From contig BQFW01000007.1 of the NCBI GenBank assembly GCA_020891255.1, positions 868,001 through 932,000 on the forward strand: DNA of 64,000 nucleotides, given 5' to 3'. Both the position numbers and the translations under genes were made by a program. Positions 34,724 through 46,573 of the stretch are shown piece after piece (positions within the stretch are counted from its first letter, which is position 1; every line of letters starts with the position of its first letter). The notes beneath the pieces are model-generated. The model was not told where the DNA came from and did no database searches. It saw only the letters and a list, made by a program, of their open reading frames with translations. This stretch comes from Entomortierella parvispora E1425. Taxonomy: Eukaryota > Fungi > Mortierellomycota.

Positions 34724-36451
34724 TTAACGCAACAAACGCATGGCCATCTCAAAACCGAGGAAAGTGACGGCATTGGCAGGAGCGGCACGCAGGATGCATG
34801 GGGCGAACCCCTTGAAGAATCCGGCGACCCCCTCCTTGGCAAAAGTCTGGCGAGCGCAGTTCAAGGCAGAAGAGTACTGGCGAGTAGAGGCAGTGAATCC
34901 ATCTGTCTGGAGCTTGGACTTGATCACGTCAATGGGGTAGACGGTGGCCCTATGAATAACAATGGAGCGTGTCAGAAAACCAAACAACCAAAGCAAAGAG
35001 GCTCCGTTTGACAGAGCACTGAATAACATCAGGAAAAAGGAGAGTCCCAAACGATATAATGCAAACTTACCACATGGCATATCCAGCACAAGCACCGTAG
35101 GCAACGACCTTGACTGTGCTCAACTCGCTACGCTCCTTGTTCTCGAGACGCATGGCTCTCTGGACCAAGTACTCGTAAGCGGCAAAATAGGCACCATATC
35201 CCTGGAATTCACGGACCATGGTGATGGCTTGTCCCTTGAAAATGCCCTGAATACCGTGGTGGGCGTAGATCTTCTGGACAGCATCCACGGGACCAGTGAA
35301 GAAAAGAGCGTTCTTGGCAGCATTGGCAGCGACCGACTCTGTAGCCACCTTGACGGCGTTTCCTGTGGAAGAAGAGGTGGCAACAGCAGTGGCCTCCGCA
35401 ACGTTGCCTCCAGCAATAGCGGCCACCTTCTCAACAGCGCCTCCAGAGATGGCCTTGACCACAGGAGCAGCACCGGTCTGAACCTGAAGACGAGTACGGA
35501 TGTGTTCAACAGGTCCAGAGACAATCGAGTTGGTGATACCACTGGCGGCACCGGCAATGTAGAGCTGAGAGTTTGTCAAGAATCCGTTGGCGTTGGGTCC
35601 GTTCTTCTCGTTGTAGTAACGCTTCATGGCCTGCAAGGTCACAAACTGGATTGAAACGCAGGCACCGACACCGACCAGCGGTGTGGTCGTGCCCCTGTAG
35701 AATCCCTTAATACCCTCCTTGGCCAAAGTTTGCTTCACGCAATCCAAAGTTCCAGTGTACTTGGGTGCCTGACCAGGCAAAGGGGTGGGCATGGTTTGAA
35801 GACGCTATAAAACCATAGGGACAATTGGGTGGCAAGATAAGTACGGTGTTCAGCCAGCAAAAGACGTTTCATCCCGAGCAAGCATGGGCGAATTGCGATT
35901 CCTGTCGGATCACCGTGCGCCTCGGAGGGACACGGAATCGAGTTCTTGTTCATTTCCAAGGCCACACAAGGGCAAGCTGCAGCAGAAAAAGGGGATGCGG
36001 AAGTCGTGTGTGATTCTTTTTCCCCTGCCGCAAACACTTGTCTGCCTTTCGAACATGACTGGGCCTCGATGATTCGATCAAGTTCCAAAATAAATCGATG
36101 TCTATCCAGTCTCCAAATGTCCTAGTGATCCTTTGCATCCAGTGTGTTGGGATCCTATTGATAGAGGATAAAAGGACAACCCTTACCACTTTGACGGTAT
36201 CGAAGGGCTACATTGTTTGAAAAGAGTGAGGGTCCAATGTTAGCAAGATTCAAATACGGCTAGCGTATTTTTGGGACTGTGGGTTGAAGCTGTTCAGCAC
36301 TGAAGATCTGATATGAAATCGGGGGATCCTGGATCTTGATCGAGAGTAAGGGGGAAGGAGAGAACTATACCTGGCCAACAAAGACCTGGAGGAAACCTCC
36401 GACGGTGCCACTGGCACAGTCCTTGACCGCTTGCATCGAGTTGCTGGACAT
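34724..36451 (-). CDS. YMC1: Mitochondrial carrier protein (Ymc1/carnitine-carrier-like SLC25)
   Basis: Exons 36451-36371, 36207-36187, 35804-35071, 34949-34724. Three Px[D/E]xx[K/R] signatures (PFDTVKVRLQ, PVEHIRTRLQ, PIDVIKSKLQ) and TTPLVGVGACVSIQF, as in Ymc1. Substrate uncertain. Confidence 0.82.
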
Positions 36452-37315
36452 GGTATGGGTGTGTGGAGTATAGACTGAGAAAATTAAGGTTGCTTGTTGG
36501 AGATCAGCAGGCCAGGACCAAGTCGATGGGGAGAGGGGGAGGGAGGGGGAGGGAGAGCGAATGAGGGAATGAAGAGTGGAGAGGTGGGTTTTTGCAATGA
36601 AGAAAAGAGAGATGCAAAAAAAGAGGAGGGGGAGGAGGAGGAGGAAGAAGAAGAAGGAAGCAAAGGGAGGAAGGAGTGAAGAAGGAAGAGAGCAGAGCGA
36701 AAGGGAAGGAAAGGAAAGGACAACAACACAACGAAGGAAAGTACTGTAGGAAGGAAGGCTCAGGACCAGAGAGCACGGACGGACGGAGGAGTTTTTTTTT
36801 TTTTTTTTTTTTTTTTTATTTCTTCAAGGTCAACTCGGTGGAGTGACCGTCTTTTCATAGGCGAGCATCTCCGCTCTGCTCTGGACTCTCTCTCGTGCCT
36901 CGGCCGTGCGGGGAATCAAACGGTCGCTGTTTCTCGGAGCTGTTTGCGTGGTGGGGGTGGAGTGGAGAGGCACATCTCGATGCGTGGGGTCGCTGCTGCT
37001 GCTGCCAAGAGCTGTTCCTTACATACAGTACCGTACCAGCTGGACACCCGCAGAACAAAGTACTCGCGTCGTCATTCATATTATTGTCATCCTCGCCCAG
37101 ACTCCATCGGTGGCTTGTCACATGCCACCACACACACGCCAACGGTGTGATGCTCTTTTCACACGATGTTGCCACGCTGTGGAGCCCCCTTTCGACGCCT
37201 GTCACTTTGCCCCTGTCGCGAATTCTTTTCCTTTTTCTCTCTCTAATCCATCCATCCATCCATTCTTCTTTTCTCATCATCCACTCCTCTTCCCAGCCCT
37301 CTTCTCCACTTCATC

Positions 37316-37849
37316 ATGTCCGCTGTATTCACCGCCGAGCAACTCGCCAAGCACGACGGCACCGATCCCAGCTTGCCCATCTACGTCGCCATCAAGGGTC
37401 GCGTCTTTGACGTCTCTGGCAAGAAGGAGATGTACGGCCCCGGAGCTGGTTACCACGTCTTTGCTGGAAAGGACGCGTCCAAGGTAAAACCAAAACTGTC
37501 TGGCACCCTTTTCTCGCGTGCAGCAAAGACCGGCGGCCATCTCTGTCCGCATTGCTGAAGAACGGAATGCATATTGTTGACACACGTCCCATTCTGCTCT
37601 TCCCCATTTTTTATAGGCTCTCGGAAAGAGCTCCTTGAAGCCCGAGGACTGCGTTGCTGACTGCAGCAGTTTGGACGAGAAGGAGGTACATAAAACACTG
37701 GCGCTCGTGCAACACCTTCGCACCCTCTCAATCCAATGACTCTTACTAATGCATCTATTCTCTCTTCTCGTCTTCTATAGCAAAAGGTTCTCGACGACTG
37801 GGTTATCTTCTTCGAGAAGCGTTACCCCGTTGTTGGAAACACCGCATAA
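37316..37849 (+). CDS. Cytochrome b5-like heme/steroid-binding protein (MAPR/Dap1-like, 101 aa)
   Basis: Exons 37316-37483, 37617-37685, 37781-37849. FTAEQLAKHDGTD...IYVAIKGRVFDVS...[24 protein letters not shown]...LDDWVIFFEKRYPVVG. Confidence 0.9.
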
Positions 37850-38093
37850 AACTCATTACCAGTGGTCAACGACAGAACCTCCACGGGAGCCCAACAAACC
37901 TGTAAATAAAAAAACGTCCCTCTTCGGTAACGCAAGAAAGAGAAAAAGACAAGATCGCAATTGACGTTGGCGCTTTGTTTTGAGAGGTTGGTTCATACTC
38001 GAATGAGTGTTTGTTGGGTGAGGATATTTTTGCGTTTGCTGGATCTTGCCTTCACTCTCTCCTTCCCTCTTTCTCAACCACCCTGTCATCAGC

Positions 38094-40358
38094 ATGGATA
38101 CCGACAGCACTCACACCAGCACCCTTTCTTCTACTGCAGGAGAACCGATGACGGCGCTTTCAACAACTGCGGCCTTGCCCAGTGCCACCACACCAGCCCT
38201 TTCTTTTCCTCATGTGGGTAAAAGCAGCAACATCGACAGCACGATAAGCAGTACTGCAGGGATGAGCACTGCTGCGCTCCTGGCCCTAGCCCAGAGCTCA
38301 AATAGGGTGCCCACTGCCACCGTGACACCCGTACCCTTGTCAACGACAACACCTTCTGTCGTCACTGAATCCCCGGCAAACACTGCAACCGATACAGATG
38401 ACAAAGCAGCGATTGCAATTACGACCGTTGGGGCAGCTGCTGCAGATCAGAATGTCAAGCCTCTTTTGCAAGATCAATATCCGTTAAAACAAGAGTACAA
38501 CGAACTTGAATTAGCACAACAGGAGCAACATCGAAAGGAAAAGGTCATTGAGCTCGTTCTTCGTCAGGCAAATATCCACAAGGTATACTTGGTATTTCCT
38601 GGCAGTCTGGGGAGGCTAAGAGGAGACCTTAACTCTCCACCATGGTTGTCCATCTAGGTCTCAAGAAGACTCCGAAGTCGACTCCAATTCGCGATTCTTA
38701 AAATCCGTCGAGGCTGGTCAAAGTATACGCTCCAAGAGGTTGAATCGCTGGTCCAGTCCTCACCTACCAGCAGGGTCGCCATTCCACCATCTTTCTCCTC
38801 CATATCATCACAGTCCCCATCGCCTCCACCTTCCTCTTCAAAGAAAGGCAAGCAGCCTCTGCCAGAAAAGAAAGAGCGGTCTTCATCCGCTTCTTCTACC
38901 TCCCCCACAAGACAGAGTGGTCGCAAGAGGGTGCCACGGGTCTATCCGGATTATGAAGCACATGCTGACCTCTACCCTTCGCAGCAAGGGGATGATCAGG
39001 ACGCGGAGGAGGATCGCTCGACGACCGAACCTGTCCGTAGGAGAAGTAGGCGGTTAAGTCAGTCCGCAGCCCTTGCTGCAGCGGCCGAGAATCTCAAGGA
39101 CGAGTCTGGCGGATCGAGCAAGAAAAGGAAGGGAAGGGGAGGTCGCCCCTCTTATTCCGAATTCAAGGATTCAGAACTATTCTCGCCTGCTCAATCCCTG
39201 ATGGAAATTGCGACTTCTGCCCCAGGATCACCCGTCTTGACAACGTATCATCCTGCACAGTACGAACGTCAGCCGTACAGCCCCTATGGCTATGGATCTT
39301 CGGGACCACTTTACAGGGACGAATACGCGTCTCCTTACTCTGCATCAGCACCCAATTCTCCAAGGATGGACGTGAACAGAATCAAGGAAGATACTCCATC
39401 AGACGCGCAAGCTGCAGAAACTATTTTGCTGTTGGCCTCCAGTCCTACGCGGTCTGCCCCACGCGCGTTGAACCCAGCTTATTTGCAATCTCAGCACCGC
39501 AGTCATCATCATCACCCTGGACATCACCACCATCAGCGCAGCGACCAGCCACAGCGTGGATTGACAGCTTCCCCAGTGATGCACCATGCCGAACTTCCAT
39601 ACTCGCCCTCGACCTCATCGCCATTGGTCCAATTTCCAGCGGTGGTATCCAGACAGTCTTCACCCGTTGGCGATGACGACGACGACGAGGATAACCCCTT
39701 CATGCCTGCATCTAAAAAGTCATCGGCAAGGGCGGCTTCAGGACCCAAGACGAGTGGCTCTTCAAAGAAAAAAGAGTCTCTGGCGAGTCTCTATGGCAAG
39801 AAGAAGGACGTCCCACCCGAAGAACAGAAGCTTGCTTCCACTCATCGACCCTCCAGTCGCAGAACATCAATCACATCTCAGTTTGGACTTTCAAGGACAG
39901 AGTCGGGATCAAAAGACACCGTGGCCTCCTCCTCTTTCGCTCGAGCCGTCACTCCAACATCGCCTAATCCACCCTCCCTTCCGCCGCAGACACCCACAAC
40001 CCGCCGAGCTTCTTTGAGGATGTCCAGCTCCACAGAGTACGGGATCCAAACACCTCCTCCCAGTATGAACAAGGAATTGAACGCTCCTCCGCCCGCACAG
40101 CTCATTTCCTCTTTCTCGGGCCCCCGAGCTGGCAGCCCTACACCCAGCGGAAGCAAGACTGCAGATTCCTCTATCAAGACTAGGAGGATGAGCACCGGGC
40201 TGGCAGGCGGTCCATCTGCCGCTGTGGATGCAAAAGACAACCCTCAATCTCGCACGACAGATCTTAGAGACATATTCCCGGTCCACCCCTCTCGCTCTAC
40301 TTCTGTTGCTTCCACCACAGGCAGCAACTCTTCTTCCCCAGTCGTTCGCCACCGCTGA
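38094..40358 (+). CDS. Whi5/Nrm1/Srl3-like protein (GTB motif) with S/T-P-rich disordered tail
   Basis: Exons 38094-38582 and 38658-40358. After splicing, RRLRSRLQFAILKIRRGWSKYTLQEVESL matches the Whi5-family LxxRLxxAxxKxxxGW...LxEVE motif; there are many SP/TP sites. Confidence 0.75.
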
Positions 40359-40576
40359 GAGAATACGTTCGTTGTATTTCACTTTGTTTGATTTTCGCCC
40401 TCATTTTCACAGAATAAAAGCAGAGTTTTTCTTTTCGCAATTCTTTATTAGATACAATACGGTGTGGTGGTTGTTGACTACAGTGAAGTACAGAGGATAG
40501 AATGAATGAAAAATACAGATAATAGGTACAGGGATATAGGGGTAAATGATTCTGCCAGACCTTAAAAGAACAGATA

Positions 40577-42899
40577 TTACAATGACATAAACTCTTCGCG
40601 CCTCCGCCGGAACTCGTTCAAGCGCTGCATCGAGTATTCAAAGTAATCGAAATCAATCTCGCTCTGCGACGCTTGGATCAGACCCCAGAGTCCCCACATG
40701 ATATGGGAAGTCAACGCAAACTTGTTGACTTCCTTGTACATGCTATCCAGGATCTCGGCCTTGGAGACTCCGCCACTACCATCACCACCTCCTTTTTCGT
40801 GCCGTTGACCGCTCCGAACCTGCAGTCGATGCTCATTTTCAGCCGCACTGTTGCCTTTACGTCCACCAGCGACTGCCGCAGGTGGGTTGGCGACTTGACC
40901 AGAGCCATTGGTGGCAATAACTGTCGTGTTGGCTTGGACGGCTCCATCGCCAGCACTCAGATTCACGGCGCCATTTCCGCCCATACCGTTGACGTGGATG
41001 TCTTTTGGAACGTCCCCTGACGAGCGCCGCTTCAAAACTGCAGAAGTGACATGAAGGGCTGACAATGTTGCCTTGGTCAAGCCACTGGCGAGCGCACTGG
41101 TGAAGCTTCTCCGCTTCTTGGTGTACTTGGACAGGTTGATCGCAGTCAGATGATATCCACACATGGCAATCTCAGCTTCCATGTACGCCTCCAAGAAATT
41201 GAGTTGTTCCTCCTTGGTCGGGTACCGATCCGGGTGCATCAGCGAAGGTCGATCGGAATGATAGTCGGCTGTCCACTCACAAAAGTGGTTACCAATGTCA
41301 AACCCACGCGTGTTGTAGCCTGCATATTCAAAATCAATGACCACGAGTTCTTCGCTGCCGTCAGTGGTCCTGAGAATATTCCCATATTGTGTCTAAAGAG
41401 AAAAAAGTAGCAGAATATCATGTCTCAGAATCAATGTCGCGTGCCCATGTCAAGTTTCAAGAAATGATTTTGAGTAGGGGCTTACATCGTTATGGGCAAA
41501 GACCAATGGGGAGTGCACCGCAGCCAGCTCACGATGGACCTCCTGAATCTCAACCAAGAACTTGTCAAAGTCAAACTCGTCCACTACAGCCCTCTTTGCT
41601 GCATCCTTGGAACAGATCTGTTCGATCGCCTTTTGGGCAAGGGGAATCCAGCGCGCAATGTTGTCATGTGTAAGAGGGACACATCCTTCCTGGGGCGGGA
41701 ACACGTTGACGATATTGTGCAGCTCACACATGCGGTGGGCAATATGGCGTGATGTCCTTGGGTGGCGGATATCGTCCTTGGTCAAAGTCGTGGACTCTAC
41801 ATACTCTTCGAAACGCCCATTCTTGAAGATGCCCAGAAGAGAGGGTCCGATATCCATGGTCGACAGGTTTCGCAGCCATAACAGTTCGTCGTTCCGGGAA
41901 ATGAGGGATTCCAGTCCGACCCCATAAACGCGGAGGAGTACCTTTCGCGGTTTTGCACCCTCTTCAGGCGCAGGTCCAGTCACGAGAAAGATGCAGTTGG
42001 TCAGAGCCCCGCTGATACGAGAGAGATCGAGTGACCGATGATCCTGAACATGAATCCAGTCCTGCACATTCATGAGATGCAAAAGTTCCAGTGTCCGCCG
42101 CGCCAGCTGATCTGGATCGAGATGACTATCCAGGAAAGAAAGGCATTAGACAAGTGTGGACATGTGACAACGGTCCATTTGACCTGGACACGATAGATCG
42201 ACCAACCCCAAAATTTAAAAACGGTTTGGAGCAAACATCTTTCCCATCGACTCCAAACGTCCCACGCGACCCAGACCGGGCTGTGAAGAAAGGGGCAGAG
42301 ATAAAACTCTGTACTCACACGACCCCTTGTATTCCTGCCCACTTTTGGGGGTAAAAGATACGGATTTGGCAGTAAAGGGTTCAAACACGCTGGGGAGGCC
42401 CAGTGCTGAATCATCTTTGCATGCGTTTGTGATACACTTACAGCAAGTCGATCTCTTCCTCTTCGAGATACACAACAGGGTCAGGGCGCATCACCGGAAG
42501 AACTCTGAGTCCTGCAAGGCTTGATCTCTTGCTCAGAGGGGGTCGATGGGGGGCATATTGATGGCAGACGGCTGGCTTGTGCTTTTGCCATGGGAAAATG
42601 GAAGAAGCCCGACTCTGTCGAGAGGAGAACCCAAAGTGTTTCTTTGATCCAGGGACGTGAATCGGATCGTCCACGGGCGTTGTTGGAGGCGAGTCTCGAA
42701 GATCTATGTCATCTTTGTCGGCTTCCGAGGGCGTGTAGGTGGGTAGACGGACGGGCTGCTCCTGCCAGGAGGGCTCCACTTCGAACGAGGCGCGCTCTTC
42801 CTCGGACGACTCCTGGGTGACGGCGCGGGGCAGAATGGAGTCGAGGTTCAGGGACGGGACCACAGGGTTTTTGGTGGACTCATCTGCCATGAGTTGCAT
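40577..42899 (-). CDS. Choline/ethanolamine kinase
   Basis: Exons 42899-42442, 42125-41486, 41392-40577. ISGALTNCIF, VLLRVYG, GRFEEYV, Brenner motif FAHND|TQYGNIL and IDFEYAGYNTRGFDIGNHFCEW. Confidence 0.9.
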
Positions 42900-43108
42900 G
42901 TTTGAGGAGTGGTGGAAGGAGAGTTGGAAGGTATGCGCGATTGAGAGAGAAGAGAGAGGGAATGCAAGAAGGGATGCAGAAAGGAAGAAAGGAGAATGAG
43001 AGAAAGAGAGAAATGGCAAAGGACGATGCCATGACGAGAGATAACCTAAAATAAACCGACCCCCCGAGAGGTGTTTGCCTTTCCTTTTTGGCTTTGCTCA
43101 TCCCATTC

Positions 43109-43130
43109 ATGCATGCATGCATGCATGCAT
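43109..43130. repeat. Self-complementary (ATGC)n tract, 22-bp perfect palindrome
   Basis: ATGCATGCATGCATGCATGCAT read directly. Confidence 0.85.
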
Positions 43131-43163
43131 TTCTTATTTCTACATTTTCACATCCCATTTACA

Positions 43164-44756
43164 ATGTCACCCATCCATGGGATTCAGTCTGTCGATTCAC
43201 CAGCCTTGCAAGCACCAGACAGACTGACTCCTCTAACCAAGCCAGGTTTTTCCCAACCCTCTGGACATAGCAGAGATTCTTCACTTGGTCGGAGAATACA
43301 TCCTCAGCTGGCAAACGTTGACGCAATGTTTGCTCGTCTCCCACTCGTGGTATGCCACGCTTTTGCCACTGCTCTGGATCGACATCAAGATGTCTCTCAA
43401 AAAGGACTCTCCTACTGTCCAGAGGGTCGAAAAACATGCGTCGCTCATCCGCAAGATCGCCTTTGCGTATGACCGCGAGGTCCCAACGTGTCCTTCACCT
43501 TCAGTCTGCCAAATCTTTCAGACGCGACCTTCTACGACAGATACGACTTCACCGCCGGCTTTATCCATCAACATTGCCAAACACTGCCCAACATCACCCT
43601 TCGAGATCTGAATGAGGATAATCTGGAAAGCATTCAGGACGCCATGGCTGAGTGTAAAGGCCTAGAGAGACTTCATATCTCACATATATGCTTAAAAAGC
43701 TCTCGCCACTGGATGTCTCTCTATGAGAAATTGTGGTCGCAGGTCAAGGTCCTTTCCTTGGGTGGCTCCTGGTACTCCTACAACGACATGGATGATAATT
43801 ACGAAGTCGGATTGAACTATGTCCCCGCGGCAGAGGAAGAGAAGACCCTCTTGGCCGCCCGAGCAGGACCATGCAAGATACAATCCTTGACAATAGACAG
43901 CGATGAATCAAGTCTGATGGCCCTTCAAGACCAGTTGTGGATGATCAAGCAATGTCGAGAGCTTTGCACCTGGACTGGGTTGTGTATACCAGCCATGATG
44001 TGAGGAATCATGACTATCGCCCTCTACGGCTGCTTGTGCAGGAAGTTCAGTCAGGTAGGGCTAAACTAGACAAGGTAGAGTCACTCCATTGTGTGAACCA
44101 AGCGATTAGATGACAGGACCTGGCCGTGCCGATCGATGCCATGCCTCGAGTGACCGCCTTGAACTTTTCTGAAGGTGCAAATTTCGACGAGGGTTCCTGG
44201 AGAGTCTTGCAAAGATGTCCTAGGATCTTGTCAACACTCACGATTTTGCAACTGAGAGGCCATTGGTTTTTCCGGGAGGAAGCTGTGCATGATTTGATGT
44301 GCACCATGCCGAATTTGGAAGAGTTCAGCGCGGTGTGGATCAGCGACACTGCTATCCTGGATGGCAGGCCATGAATCTGTACAAAGTTGAGAAAACTGGA
44401 GCTGTTCTTTGTGATCACTCCCCTCGCAACTCTAGGTCCTTTCGCGTATTTCCTAACTGGTCCGAATGGAGCGTCTTGACATGAAGGAAAGCTATTACAG
44501 AGAATTCATGCCAGGGCAAGAGCTTAGATTAACACTCAACGAAGGACTGGATCTGTTAAAGCCTCTGCATCGACTTCGTAGTCTCACTGGACCGAGGTGC
44601 AGGAGTAATGGTGTGACCTATGGTGTAGTGTGGGAAGAGGCTGGGGTGGACTGGGTCTTGAAGAACTGGCCTCAGATGAGAACTCTCTTGCACTATGATG
44701 TGAGCCAACAGCTTGAATATCGATTAACGGATGCAATGGGCCTATCTGTTTTGTGA
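43164..44756 (+). pseudogene. Decayed F-box/LRR gene
   Basis: F-box motif PNPLDIAEILHLVGEY...LTQCLLVSHSWYATLLPLLW, then LRR-like segments spread over three frames. In-frame TGA at 44111-44113 and at 44372-44374 (DGRP*ICTKLRKL, where the family motif is PWxCxxL). Several frame changes (~43250, ~43485, ~43970, ~44420-44460). Confidence 0.8.
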
Positions 44757-46573
44757 CAACGAGCGAATAGAAATAAACCTACTCCCCTCGTCCTTTGATG
44801 GCGTTGTTGTCACCGTGTCGCTCCACATTGTTGTTGACTTTTTTGCTTTGAGGCGTGAACCATTGTTGTTGCGTTGATGGCCATTTTCACGCGTTCAAAC
44901 GGACGTCTTTGTTGCTCGAATTGACCTGTTTTCGTTGGCGTCCGGTTGTTCTGTTTGTAATAGCCATTTATTCTGTTCCTGTGCAAGGGTGTCTCGGCCA
45001 TTTCCGCGAGCACATGTTCATTCACAGGTTTGTTTGCGATCCATGCACGGGGAGCTGCTTTGCACGCGCAAGGTAGCGATCGATGGGCGCAAAAAAAAAA
45101 AAAAAAAAAAAAAAAAGAGGGCTCCTTCCTGTCCATCAACATGGCTGACAGAGTACGTTTTCTGTAGGACGATAGGAAGATCATGAGCATTTATTTCAAT
45201 GACCCAAGGATATCAAAAACAACCCTTGACCATCGTCATCTGGATAGCAAGCTATTAGCTCTTTTATCTTTATTTATTTAGGTCATCGTGGGCACCGAGC
45301 TTTTTGCTATGGGAGCGGTGAGCTGTGGGAGAACGTTTGATGTTCTGCTCTGTTTTTGAATAGCCCCGATCTCGATTGAGAAACAACAAAAAAAACGGGT
45401 CTTTAGCATGCGATATTTTCATCATCGAGATCAAGCAAAAAAAAACTCGTTGGCGTTGGCGTTGGCGTTATGTTGTTTTTCAAAGAGCACATCACACATC
45501 CCTCCCTACTTCTTTTTCGCCTTCTGCGTTGGTCGAGAACCCAATGTTTCTTTTCACCTGTGTCGTTTTGCTTTGTAATATACCTTGGAGTTTGAGTAAC
45601 AATGGTGGGCGAGAGGCAGTTGACAACAGGCAATGACCCAACAACAAATGGGCTTCTTTGTTCACTTCACCCTCTTTGCTGTTTCCGTTGGTGTGATCAC
45701 AGGCTTCGGGGAAGGAACGAATAGAAGGGAGGGCGTTGCTGCAAAATAGACAAAGAGAGCTGGGCGATGTGTGTGCACAAAAAAGCGGATACTTACCCAA
45801 GGGTATTTTTTCTTCTGGAGCCAAGGGTTGTGTCAACGTACTGAATATCGTACCAGATACAAGGTTTCTTACAATACAAAGCGGTTACCCGAATTATTCA
45901 CTCAGGAACGACTCTTCTGCCGCAACAAACAAAACGATGCATCAGCAAAGATTGGGTCCCAACAAGCCGCGAGGACAGAGTGCAGTGGAAAAAGAGAGAG
46001 AAAGAAAGGAGGGCTGTCTGAGAGCAATTGAGAGCGGAATCCGGACAGAGCAGGTGCAGTAGAGCAGGGGATACCCAAAGGACTGACAAAGAGACAAGCA
46101 AAAGAACAGGACAGGGCGGACAACCACACCCTTCCTTCTTCTCTTGTGCGCAGATTTCTTTCTTTCCAACCATGTTTTTTGTCAGTCGATTTTTTTTTTG
46201 TTGTTGAGAGTTACACCAAACGTTGCCCTTGCTTTCTTTTTTTCTATTCTGTCCCCGCTCCTGCCCACCCAAGGAAATAGGACCTCTTCCGCCCTTGCCT
46301 TTAAACAGTTGGCCGCTGCATAAGAAGATGCAGAAGAAAAGTAAAGTGACACGGGTATTTTATCCAGTCCTTCAACTCAAATGAACATGCCACCACCCTC
46401 GCTTTTTTTTTTTTTCCAATGCCCGACTGACATCTTCTTTCTCCACAAAAAGATCCACTAGAGTTTCGACCCAAGATTCCTTCCTTTTCATCTTTTCTTC
46501 TTTTCATTACCAAAAAAGCACGCTCTTTCCCTCCCCCCTCCCCTTCCGCACGCTTGTTTACTCCTAATCAATC

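Noticed and set aside
1095-42899. Possible lipid gene cluster (sphingomyelinase, ACBP, b5-like protein, choline kinase)
   Set aside because: The genes are spread over 40 kb among unrelated genes, with no backbone enzyme or shared organisation.
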